Assembly (NCBI RefSeq): GCF_009914755.1
Contig: NC_060941.1
DNA length: 64,000 nt
DNA from: the human T2T-CHM13v2.0 reference genome, Homo sapiens
Direction: 5' to 3' (one strand)
In this document: positions 27,206-39,409 of the stretch, one piece after another
Position numbering within the stretch: the stretch's first letter is position 1
Layout: each line of letters starts with the position of its first letter
Position numbers and translations under genes: made by a program
Notes under the pieces: model-generated
What the model saw: only the letters and a program-made list of their open reading frames with translations
What the model was told of the DNA's origin: nothing
The model's database searches: none

Positions 27206-27889
27206 CATTTAAAATCAGCTGTAATGACTTCTTAAAATATTTTCCTTTCCAATAGATGCATAGACAGAGAAAACTGAATATAAAACATTTTGATTTTTCA
27301 TTACTTTCTTCCTCTTCTTCTGTACTTTACTGTGTCAATGTGTTTTCCATTAGTTAACCTTACTGTCAGCACTAGGGGAACTGATGCTAACATTCCAGAT
27401 ACTGTCTTCTCAGTGAAGGGTATTGCATGACAATGGCCTCACTTGTCATGGATGTAGAACCTCAGGTACTGTGTAATTAGACTGAATTCATCTCTTGGCA
27501 TTTCCCCTGTGCTATTTACTCAACTGAGCATATTATTCATTAACTTCCTGTACTTTTTCACATGTAGTGTTCTTACAGAATATGTTGCTCGGCCTGAATC
27601 TGTGACATTTTATGTAAATATAGTTTGAGAGGAAAGTTTTATCTTTATGCCTTTTGGGTTTGGGGTACTAGCGAGGTGGCTCTGAATTCTTCTTCTGTCT
27701 TCCATAGAGTTGAAATCACTTCACCTCTCTCTACATATGCTATGAATTCTAATGCAAACATTAGTTTCTCTGACAAAGAAATTCAACTGGGAGTTATGTT
27801 TTCTTGCTGAAAACAAAAACACCTGTGATGGTAGCTAACAGCATGTTCTTCTCTGCCAGTCATTGGCTTGATAACTTGCATTATTACCT

Positions 27890-28000
27890 GCCTAATAAGT
27901 GCATTTTTTCATATAATTCTCTCCACCACCACCCTGCAAGGAAGGTAGAATGATGATGCTCCTTTTACAAATGAGGAAACTGAAGCTTAGAGAAGTTAAG
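27890..28000 (-). mobile_element. MIR
   Basis: ttttacaaatgaggaaactgaagcttagagaagttaag core. Confidence 0.8.
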
Positions 28001-30274
28001 CCAAATAAACCCTTTGTTTAGTAATCAAAGATAATCTTGGTTCATTTTGAATCAACCAGCACCTTCTCACATTTATCTACGATAGTGCTGGCTAGACAGT
28101 AGCAATCTAAAATTCAAACTCAGTTCTCACATCTGGTCATCCATGGCCATGTATTCTCTCCCAAATGGAGGTATACATTGTCTTGCTTATCCTGCTTTCC
28201 TCTAACCACAACTTTTTAAAGTGCTCCTCATTTTCTGGAAACTTCAACTTGTCCTGGGCTTGATTCTCTGTGAAACCATTGACAAATGATTTCTCCTCTG
28301 GTCCTCCTTGGCTCTAAGCCCTTTCTCCTGCATCTCTACATGCCATTTAACAATATTATTTCTCATAAAATTCCCCGTGCTGCCACTTCGATATCTTTAG
28401 CTCCTGCCAGTTCCTTTTTCGGTACTATCGTTTGTGATTCTATCACCATAATCTTATTTTTAAGAGCTTCCCAATCCACTAGAGCCATCTTCCATGAAGC
28501 AATGAGATCACATCAATTTTAATCATGATATTTTAAAAATCTGCCTTTTGAAGTTTTCATATCCATGTCTGACAATGCCTAGCTTTTTTTCTTTTTTTAA
28601 CCTTGCTACCATTATTTCTAAGATAACACACCTACTTTTTCCTAGAGTTACTGTCCACTCCACATCACTAAGCCTTTCCTTGTTGGTTAGAATTAAATAA
28701 CCAGACCCCTATCACTTTCTCCTGGAAAGGATATAATTGATATGTCAATAAAGGAATTTGTCTAACCACAAAATACAGATGAGTAAGAATTGCATCCACT
28801 TCTTCAGCAGCTCTTAAAGATCTGCTGTATCCCACAAACATACATAAAATTATACATACCATTTTCATATCAGAGTTTCAGTGTAAAAAGACCTTTGGTG
28901 CTTAAAGACAGCTATTGAGTTTTAAATGGGTAAGGATACTTATCCAGGAAAATTTAACATCAGTTATCCAATAAAAACCAGCACCACGGCAACACATTTA
29001 GATGACAAAATTGATCGACCTTTTTGTTTTCTTTCCACCTTCTGCATATAGAGTAAGATCATCTGACATTTAAGATCCTCCTGCAAGTTACATTTCTTTC
29101 TATCTCCCTTTTCATGCTAGCTCATATCCTACCTCTTCCATAAAGTCTTGTTTGACCAACCCAACTTCTCACTCTATTAAAACATTAATGCCAAGATGAT
29201 TGATTTGCTAATTAATCATTTCTTAATATCTATACCGCTATTATCTCAAATAGTTATTTAAATCAGTTACTGCCATTTAGCTTCTGTGTGTCTATATTTT
29301 CTCCCCAAATATATCGTAAATTTTTTGAAGGAACATAAAAGCCTCAAACATAAGAGGTTTCAGAACATAGCAATGTGGACATGCCGTGAATGGCAATGAT
29401 TAAATTTTGCAATCAGGTTCAGAGGAAAATTTTAAAATAGAGAAGTGATAAGATTTTAAATACCAAACCAATTCACATTTCTTATTTTTTCAACTTATTT
29501 TAATAGTCATAAAAAACATAACTGAAAATTAGTTTTAGTAACAGATTCTGTGGATAGCAAAGTTCTTTTCCCCATGGGCCTTCTCACATTCCCCCCACCT
29601 TGGATCGTAGCAACTTTTGGTGAATTCCACCTAAACGCATTTCTTGGTAAGCAAGGGTACTCTTGGTTCCATTCAAATCAGTCAGCGCTGTCATGGATAA
29701 CCCCAAGGATATAAAATGAAAATATGAAAGCATGTTTATCATAAGGAGCTCTTAATCTAAGGGCTAATATCTATAGTATATTTGTCTTACTATTCCTTAC
29801 AAGGAAAGCGATATTAATATTACAGGCCAAGGTTCAGATCCTAAAATAAATATAAATAAGGTGCTTAAGAAGCCAAATAAAGAGAGATTTCACAGTTAGC
29901 TAAAGAGATCAAGAGGAATTTAAGAGATAGTATTGGAGCCACAGAGGTTAAAAGCAGGGGTTCGGACTCCTTAGGCAAGTGGGGTGAAGGGTATATTGTG
30001 GCCAAAGCACAGATCCCAGGAAAAGGAGAGATGCATTCACTTTGTTTGTTTTGTTTGTTTGTTTTTTAAAGTTTACACTCTCACTGGGAACAAAAGGTAT
30101 GTACGAAGTATAATGCAAATGTCTGTGGAAAGGAGATTTGGTGCTGTATTACAAGGGCTGTGAATGCCAGGCTGAAGCATTTATACCTGATTTATAAGCA
30201 ATTAAGAGTTTTATTAGCTCGTATTTATTTCATGGGAAATGTGGAAACTTCCATGTAGATACACCTATAGCTTT

Positions 30275-30585
30275 GTGTTGGATGTCTTCCGATCGTCCAT
30301 TTGGATCCATCTTTACCTTGCTTAGGGGCTTGGAGGCTGGCTTGCATGGACTGATTCAACAAGCTCCTTTGGCTTCTGCCTTCTTTCCATAAGAGGGGAG
30401 GAAAGGAGTGCAGTCAGAGCCTTGTTCCCCAGCTCCACCCTTAGGGGTTGCCCTGAGCTGGTTGCTTCCCTCACTGAAGGTCAGGTGTTCCTCTCCATGG
30501 TTGGTTCATTTGGTCTCCAGGTTCTGGTCCTCACTCCCTCTCCTCACCCCTTCCAGACCTGGGGTGGTTATAAACGGTCCCTCTA
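30275..30585 (+). mobile_element. LTR33-like ERVL LTR fragment
   Basis: ggaggctggcttgcatggactg...ctgaaggtca...ccccttccagacctggggtgg; resembles the copy at 56052-56548. Confidence 0.6.
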
Positions 30586-30835
30586 TGAGGGATCCTCATG
30601 ACTCAACATGTTCCATGTCTCTTGCTGAGACTCTCCCTGATATAATCCCCAGGTATCCAGAAATCAAAAGGAAATTGGCGACAACAGTAGTTTTAGCCTT
30701 TGCTGGGCAAAATTTCAAACAAAAAACCTGAAGATATGGGGAAAAATCAGCTTCTTTGAGATAACCAATGTAGGTCTTCAGTCTGCTGATGGCCAGCTTC
30801 TTCTCTTTTTTGCTTCTCTCTCTTTCTCTGTCTCT

Positions 30836-30959
30836 CTTTTTAAAGATGGGGTCTTATTATGTTGCTCAGGCTGGTCTTGAACTCCTGGCTTCAAGTGATC
30901 CTCTTGCTTTAAGCCTTCTGGGGAGCTGGGATTGCAGGTGCAAGCCACTGCACCCTGCT
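30836..30959 (-). mobile_element. FLAM / Alu monomer
   Basis: agatggggtcttattatgttgctcaggctggtcttgaactcctggcttcaagtgatcctc...gccactgcaccc. Confidence 0.88.
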
Positions 30960-31117
30960 TCTTTTTACTTCTTATATTCCTGACTGTGCCATTAGGCTAA
31001 GGTCAATTATTTCTATAACCTATCTCCTTCTCAGAGGTTTCAAGATCTTCTACCCTCTGTATCAGGAACAGGTTGTATTCCAAAAACTTGTACTGGATGT
31101 CTGTGAAAGTCTGCCAA

Positions 31118-31853
31118 TTCATTAGGGAAATGTAAATCAAAATCACAGTGAGAGATCACTTCACAACCATTAGGATGGCTATTTCAAAATAAATAACAAA
31201 AAAAAAAAAACAACAAGTTTCTGTGAGGATATGGAAAGATTGGAATCCTTGTGTGTTGCTGATGAGAATGTAAAATAGTATAGCCACTGTGTAAAAAAGT
31301 GTGACAATCCTCAAAAAGTTAAACATAGATATGCCCCAGTAATTCCACTCCTTGCCATACACCCAGAAAAACTGGAAGCAGGGACTCAAACAGTTCATTG
31401 TATACCAATTTTCATTGCAGCCTTATTCACAATAATCAAAAGCTGGATGCAACCCAAATGTCTATCGACAGAAGAACAGACAAACAAAATGTGGTATATA
31501 CATACAATGGAGTATTATTCAGCCTTAAAAATGAATTAAATTTTGATACATGCTCCAACATGGATGGACCTTGAAAACATTATGCTCAGTGAAATAAGCC
31601 AGACATAAAAAAGATAAATATTATGTAATTCTACTTATATGAGGTACCTAGAGCAGGCAAATTCATAGAAACAGAACGTAGGACAGAGGTTACCAGGGGC
31701 TGAGGGGGATGGAAAATGGGGAGTTCTTGTTTACTGGGTACAGAGTTTCAAGTTGGGATGATAAAAAAGTTACAAAAATGCATAGTTGTGATGACTGCAC
31801 AATAGCCTGAATGTACTCAATGTCACTGAACCATCCACTTTAAAATGGTTAAA
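31118..31853 (+). mobile_element. L1MB-like 3' end (ORF2 tail and 3'UTR)
   Basis: attagggaaatgtaaatcaaaatcacagtgaga...catggatggaccttgaaaacattatgctcagtgaaataagccagaca...ggttaccaggggctg...aaaatggttaaa. Confidence 0.9.
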
Positions 31854-32197
31854 GAAAAAATGGCTGTCAAATATTCTGCAGCAGAGACCAAACACAGGAC
31901 CCATATGAAGAACTATCGGTAGTTAAGAACTCCTAGAAATGACAAGATGATACTGAGAGTGGAGAGGAACTTAGACCCCACAGCATTGGACTGGAAGTGT
32001 CAGGAGCTGGCTTCCAAAGGTGCTCTCACAAATCTAAGCTGCTATGAATCTGTGATTAGATTCATTTTTATTGTTTCCCTGTTGTACAGGAAAAAGGCTG
32101 TTTCTGACTATAATTTTACAAAAATGCCAAAAAGTTTTAAAAATAATTTGTTGATTTGTGGTTAGTAAACCAGTATAATCTTTATGTTCACATCTAT

Positions 32198-32673
32198 TAT
32201 TTTAGATTCCTTTTGGCACTGCAACAAATTACCCCATAATTAGTGGCTCAAGTGAACTCAAATTTATTATCTTATATTTGGGGAGTTAGAAATCTGAAAT
32301 CAGTTTTGCTGGGCTAAAATTAAGGTGTCAGTAGGGCTGTATTCCTTCTGGAAGCTCCAAGGAAGAATCTGTTTCTTTGCGCTTTGCAGCTTCCAGAGGC
32401 CTCCTTGGCTCATGGCCCTGTGTCACTCCGACCTCTGCTTCCATCCTCACGTCTCTGTTCTGATTCGGACTCTCCTGCTTCTGTCTTTTCCTTTTAAGGA
32501 CTCTATGGTTACAAGGGGTTTGCCTGGATAGTCCAGGGTAACCTTCCAGTTTTAAAATCCTATATTTAATCATATCTTCAAGATACCTTCTGCTATGTAA
32601 AGTGACACATTTAGAAGTCCTGTGGATTAAGATGTGGACATTTTTGGAAGGGGACATTATTCTGTCTACCACA
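32198..32673 (-). mobile_element. MLT1C/D-like solo LTR
   Basis: aacaaattacc...gggctaaaattaaggtgtcagtagggctgtattccttctggaagctc...attctgtctaccaca. Flanks tctat/tttat (4/5 TSD). Confidence 0.88.
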
Positions 32674-32830
32674 TTTATCAACTCCAAATATATTTTCAAA
32701 TGAAATGGAAAGAGAGGTTAGAACATACGTATTTTTCAGATTACCAAATTAATGCAAGTCTGTTTTAGCAAATCTAGAAACTTTAGAAAAGAAAAAATAA
32801 AACAGTATTATCCTTCATCCCAGTCTCTTT

Positions 32831-33050
32831 TTTAGATCCTACCTTCTATACTTAACATATGATAAGGATTTGTCGTGTCATCAACTACCTTTTATACTTA
32901 GATCCTACTTCTTATACTTAACATATGATCCTACCTTTTATACTTAATATATGATAATTATGTTTAGATCCTACCTTTTATACCTAACATATGACAGATC
33001 CTACTTTTTATACTTAACATATGATAAGCAATTGTCATGTCCTTAACTAC
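32831..33050. repeat. Irregular modular minisatellite, ~26-bp core GATCCTACCTTTTATACTTAACATAT
   Basis: Five near-complete cores plus one partial, joined by variable linkers. Confidence 0.92.
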
Positions 33051-33806
33051 TGAGGTGTCTATTTTATTAAATGAGTTAAAAGATGAGAAAAGATGACGGA
33101 ACTGAGTTTTGGTTAAAATGATAGAATCGGCAAGTGGGTTTTAGTCTCAGTTTTAATATGTTTTTTCTCCTTTTAGATATTTTAGATCAGCAGATAGGTT
33201 TCTATGTGCCATATTTCCTTCCTGAAAGCTAAACTCACGACCTTTCAATACCCACCTATATCAAATCCTCAAAGCAAATATCTATATTCCAAAATAATTG
33301 ATTGAAGTTATCCATATTTTACTCTGCGGTAACCTTCTCATCCTGTATTTCATTTTCAAATTACCAAGAATCTCACTTATGTGACTATACACTAAAATTA
33401 AAACACAAACACACTGCGTACACTCACTTTGGTCTGAGCAAAAAGACATGAAAGGTGAACATTTTTGTGAAATTTTACAAGTTCAATGGCTAACAAGGGT
33501 CTCAATCTTTAAAACAGTCAGTGAGGCTTAACTCAGTGTAAAACATCATTTATATCATAATCAAACTTCTTCATATATGGAAACTTTAAGCAACCTGAAA
33601 CCACAAAGAATTATCTCCCCAACCTCCTCTTTTTGATTAAGTTAATTTAGTAGCTTTAACTAGAATGGATTAATTAGCTCCAAACAATGTAGCAATTGGA
33701 TGTTAAATTTAACAGGGTCAAAGGGTGGAGATTGGTTCCAAGGTAGGAGTCTTATATCTACATACAACCCAGCCTTAAGGGCGTGCCATTTGTAAAAATA
33801 CAATTA

Positions 33807-34060
33807 CAGATTTAATATTCATTATGCAAAATGTTTGGGATCATAAGTGCTTCAAATTTTATTAATTTTGGATACTTGCATATATCTAATGAGATTTATT
33901 GGGGATGGGATCCAAGTCGAAACAAAAAATTCATGTATGTTTCATATACATTATGTCTTATGTAGATAGCCTGAAGGTAATTATATACAATATTTTAAAT
34001 AACTTTTTGCATGAAACACAGTTTGAACTGCATTTTGACTGCAACCTGTCACATGAGGCT
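33807..34060. mobile_element. Tigger4/MER46-like TcMar DNA transposon fragment
   Basis: ggggatgggatccaagtc..aacaaaaaattcatgtatgtttcatataca...tagcctgaaggtaatt...gactgcaacctgtcacatgagg. Confidence 0.8.
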
Positions 34061-36712
34061 AAAAGGTGAAATAAATCTCATTTTTAAATAAAAATGAATA
34101 TTTTCTATTACACTCAAGGCACAGTGCATAGGATGAGAAGGAATAACTATTATTCCTTGCTATTCTTGTACTGAGGTTGAATTTTAGCCTTAAACTATGG
34201 TAAGGAAAGCCCTTGTTCCTTCATTTGAGCCCAATGTCAGGTCAAATATGTTAAAATAAACATAGTAACGCAAGTCAGGGGCTTCCAGAGAGCTGCATCA
34301 CAGTTTTGTGCATAAGATACACTTGAACACCAGAAAGAATAATGCTTGTGGATAAAAATGCGACACAAAACATATAGTTACTAGGCTGCATTTCACGTAC
34401 TGACACCCAGCTTGGCTCAGACTTCAAAATGTGACATCTTGCCCAAATTCAACAAAACTTCCCAGTCTTACAGGGTGATTTTCAAATCGATTAAGTTGGG
34501 TATTTCTTTAAGGGAAAACAAAAATCAGAGCAGTGATTTGAATTCTCACTTTCAAAACAAGTTTCCAACTCATTAAACATCACCTTCAAAATGTGATACA
34601 AACATGATTTACCTATTGCCTAGCAAATTAAGGCATTTCATTACCAATTAGTTTATCACGACCAACTATATTTTATTTTCTACCTTTCACAAATGCAAAA
34701 GGAACCATCAGACAGTTCTCAGCTCTTCAAACCACTGACAACAAAAATTGTGCCAGATATAAATATTTACATCATGAAAAGTAAATGTTGCCAAGATTCC
34801 AAACTCCAATGCATTTGAAAATTGGTTTGGATCAGGTATACTTTCCTGAATTGGAAAGATACAAAATCATCTGTTCAAAAAATATCTCTAAAACAAAAAA
34901 AAACCCAAGTCATAATATGTGAGTGATTTTTAACACTAGACTATCTCCCAATCTCTTCTTTCCCAATAAATTTTAGGGAGAAGCTGTGTTGACATTTTTT
35001 TTCTTTCACATCAACATTTTTCCTTTAAGACATTCTGATGGAAAGTAAAAATTATATATCCATTGTTTGTGTTAGTTTGACACATTTTCCATCTCAATCC
35101 CAATCTGTACTTTATCTAAAACCCCTTCAAATGCTTGCCATAACTCGTAGGCGAAGGATTCAGCTCCCGAACACTGCCTCAGGACCTGCCCTCTGCTGTC
35201 CTCTCTAGCCTACCATCTTGCAAGCCTCTCTTCGCTCCCTGTGTTCAGCCTTGCTGGCTACCTTTCAGCTGCATTCTGGAACTCAGGCACCAAACCCCAT
35301 TCTGTATCTTGGGCTTTTCCACCCCCTGCTTTTCCTTTTGCCTAGAATGCAATTATCCCCTACATCACCCTCTCCAAGAAAGAAAGAATGACTGAATATT
35401 TAATCATAACTACAACTTTTCCTTCTTAAATACTGACCAGCGAACTCACACGTGTTCACGACTTTAAATAATTCACCTTTTTAAAGAGAAATGTACTTAG
35501 AAGCCATGACAAGCTCCTTGCAGAATTTATAAAAATAAAACTATAAATGGAACAATAATTAGGATAGCATCGTTTTATATGGAATCAGAGCAATAAACTA
35601 AATGACCTATATATGACCTTTCCACAAAAATGCTTCTCAAGTCATATTTAAAACAGTACACAAATACTGCATAACTAAATGGTGTCGACCACATGCAATG
35701 TCTTTTAAAACCTGCTTTGTGACCTGAGTCAAAGTCACTTACAGCTTTTTGATGAGTCATTAGGGGTGTGTGTATCTGTGACAGTTACATGGTACAAGAA
35801 AATATATTTCAATACATCAGAAGGGGAAAAAGTTAACTTACAAACTTCATGGTATTTATGGTGAACAGACTGCACAAAGGAAGAGAGAACAGAGCCCAAT
35901 GAACCCAAACCCTGAAGAATCAGCCGCTGGTATTATCAAAAGTTGTCAATAATTTTAACCTCAATTTTTTGCACACAAATTATTTTCCATTTCTCTTGAG
36001 TTAACAATAGCTAAATTACCTTTGAACACAATTTTCTGCATGTGCATTTTTTTTTTACCTTTAACAACCTACTCAACAGTAAAAGATAGCCAAGTAGACA
36101 TGAACCAGCAAGAGAAGTGCTAAGATTCCAGTGATGAGAAGACCCAATGGGCACTTGTGCCCTTCCACAAATTAAAGAGGAGCTCGTTATGGGGGGAGGA
36201 GAGTGAAGGAGGGATTTAGGTGTGAGAATCACAAAGCCCAGCTCAGCATTTCTGTGCAGGAGCTAGGATTCTTAGCAAGCAAGATGCCCCTAGGAAGATT
36301 AATTATTGATTTTCTTATAAATCATCTAAGGTGATTTTTGTGTTTTTTTCCTCCCAAGATGATGAACGTCTGATTTTATTTTTGTTAATTGGTTTTCTCA
36401 CTTCACTGAGGTTAAAAGAAGGCCTAGTAAAGCAGTTTCTTAGAGGAAAGATTTTCCCAGCATGATAGGCAGGGGTGGCCACTATGCTTTCTGTCCTTTA
36501 TGGGGGTACCAAGGTTGTCTGATAAGACTTCAGGCAACCTCCAGGAGGTACAGAGTAATCAGAAGCACAAAAGTTTGACTAGTTAGGGAGAAAAAGCACA
36601 ATTTAGACATATTTCTATCTAATGGCGGCAGGTCTGAAGTCTGTGGTATTCCTAGGTGGGAGGACAAACTCATCACAGAGACTGAAGCCTTGAGGATTAG
36701 CTTTCAGAATCA

Positions 36713-36933
<221 letters not shown>

Positions 36934-38900
36934 CTGAGTAGCAGGTTGGGGAAACAACATAAATAAACAGAGCTATGTACAAACGTGGTAAAATGGAAGA
37001 GAACCACCAAATGTTCCCACCCATGGAGATCCTTGGGGGTTGCTATGGTATTTTCCTGGTCTGAATCTTGGTCCACTTCTCTAAGTCTTACCTGCATGAT
37101 CTCTTGTCATCAGATTTTCTTGTTTGAGGCCCACTCATCCTGCAGTTTCTTTGTTGACTGCAGTCATCATTAACACTTTAATGCTAACATCATTGTTCAG
37201 GTCTCATCATCTTTGCAATATGCCTGGGGTAGCACAAATATTTAGCAATTCCCTGGAGTTGATGCTGTGCTTTTCCTATCTGGCAAGAACGATGTGAAAA
37301 TCAACCTTATCCTATTTGGAAGTTTTTCAAGGAAAGTGTCATTCAGTGTACACAAAGTTTTTCTTTGGGTTGTCAAGACTAAACTGAGGGAGTGACTTAT
37401 TTTATGAGCCCCCTAATCAATGCCAGACAAGAGCTTAGCAACTTGACTTCATCTTTGTTTAGTTCAACACTGTGTCATTAACCTAAAGTACTTGTAGATA
37501 AAGAATTGGTGTTCATTTGATAGGCAGAAAAATGACATTGAGAGCTGAGCACAAATACCCAAAGGAAACCGTCCACTCATTTTCAGTGTCACATGAAAAC
37601 TTCTATTAGAATGAATTTCTGTGGCAATTTCCAGTTCGATTTCTCTCTATTTAAGAAAGTTTTCAGGGCAAGGGTGGGGAGCCAACCTACTAATTTTATA
37701 TCAGTGAAGATCAAAACTATACTTTCAGCCTTTCCCTGCCCCTTTCAGTACTTCCATCGAGTCTCTGGATCCATGTGTCCTTCAGATTCCCCTGAGATTA
37801 TATGGCCATTCATTCACCCACCCATAGTACATGCAGTGAACTCCTATTTGGCATCACGCACCGGGTTAGGCTGAATCTCGAGGAAGGCAGGTAAGCACAA
37901 GAACAACTAACACACTGGGGAGGCTCACTAGTGTGAGGTCGAGTATGTTATGAGACTCTGGATGAGGGGAAGCCAATCCTGCCATGGTAGAGGGGAGGCA
38001 GGGAGTGACTCCTGGAGAAGATGAGCCTAACAATCACATTAGCCTTCTTAAATGGACCTGTCCTCTCAGAAACTCAAGTTTAATTAAACTTAAATTGAAT
38101 AAAGGCTTTAACTTACAGTAGCCATCATTCTTGCCTATAGCATAGATGGAGAAAACTAAGGCAAAAGAGGAGTTTGGAGACACTTGCCAAAGATACTCAA
38201 ATTCTTTGACTCTCTTATTTGTTATAGGCAACTGTAACAGACATGGGAGGAGAACTAAAAATAAGTTCCTTGGCCTAGACAAACACTTCAACATCAAAAT
38301 AAGATGGGTCTCATTTTAAAATATCACAAATATCTAATTTGGTTTCATCCATGCCAATAAGCCTCTGGTAGACCATTTCCTTTAGTTTAAGGAGTTTGAA
38401 TTGGATTTTTAGTCATTAATGACTTTCAAAATGGTAGCAATGGCCTGAGTTACAGAGGGAGAAAGAGGAGGAGGAGGAAGAGGAGAAACATTGACACATG
38501 TGCATGGGCTTCCTCGGCCCTCTCATTTCTTATCATTTCTTAAAATATGTTATCACTACAAGTTACTCCACCTTTAGAAGGTACCACGTCCTAGCAAGAC
38601 TACAATATTTAAGAAAGTTCTTGCATTATGAATGCACTTATATTATAAATATAAACTTGTCTTTTCTAAACTACTTTTTTTAAAAAAAACACTGACTTGA
38701 TCTTATATTTATTTATCCCTCAATCATCTCAAATTATGAAAATAAAGCCTTCATTAGGGCATCCTCCTAGCAGTCTTTGTCAGTAACGCACACACAAGTG
38801 GCAAATGTGAGCATGCCAGGGATATAGTCATGGCACCTCCACAAGTGAACTGAGTGGCCCTTGGTAAGTCATGTGTCCCTTGGACCTTCTTCATGGTTCC

Positions 38901-39409
38901 TGTGGTAGGCCGAATGGCTCTCCACCAATGATGTTTACTATCCTAATCCTCAGAACATGTGAATATGCTATCTTAGATGGTAAAGGGTATTTTGCAGATG
39001 TAATTAAGTTAATCGTTTTGGGATGGAGAGATTATCTAGGATTATCTGGGTGGGCCCAATGTAATCACAGAAGTCTTTATAAGAGAAATGTAGGAGGGTC
39101 AGAGATATAAAGATATACAGATGGAAACAGAGGTCAGCCAGGAGAGAAGATAATACTCTGCTGGCTTTGAAGATGGAGGAAGGGGACATGAACCAAGGAA
39201 TGCAGGTGGCCTCTAGAAGCTGGAAGAGACAAGACAATGGATTCTCCACCTAGAGCTTCCTGCTGTAAGGAATATAGGCCTGCTGATACCATGATGTTTA
39301 ACCCCTTGAGAATATATTTGACCTCCAGAAACGTAGGATAATAAATTTCTGCTGTTTTAAGCCATGCAGTTGTGATCATTTGTTATGGCAGTAACGGAAA
39401 AGTAATACA
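38901..39409 (+). mobile_element. MLT1C/D-like solo LTR
   Basis: Starts tgtggtaggc; internal ggattatctgggtgggcccaatgtaatcaca and ctggctttgaagatggagga; ends ggaaaagtaataca. Confidence 0.9.

Noticed and set aside
32831-33050. CRISPR array
   Set aside because: Primate DNA with no cas genes. Linkers are 0-25 nt, irregular and derived from the repeat's own flanks.
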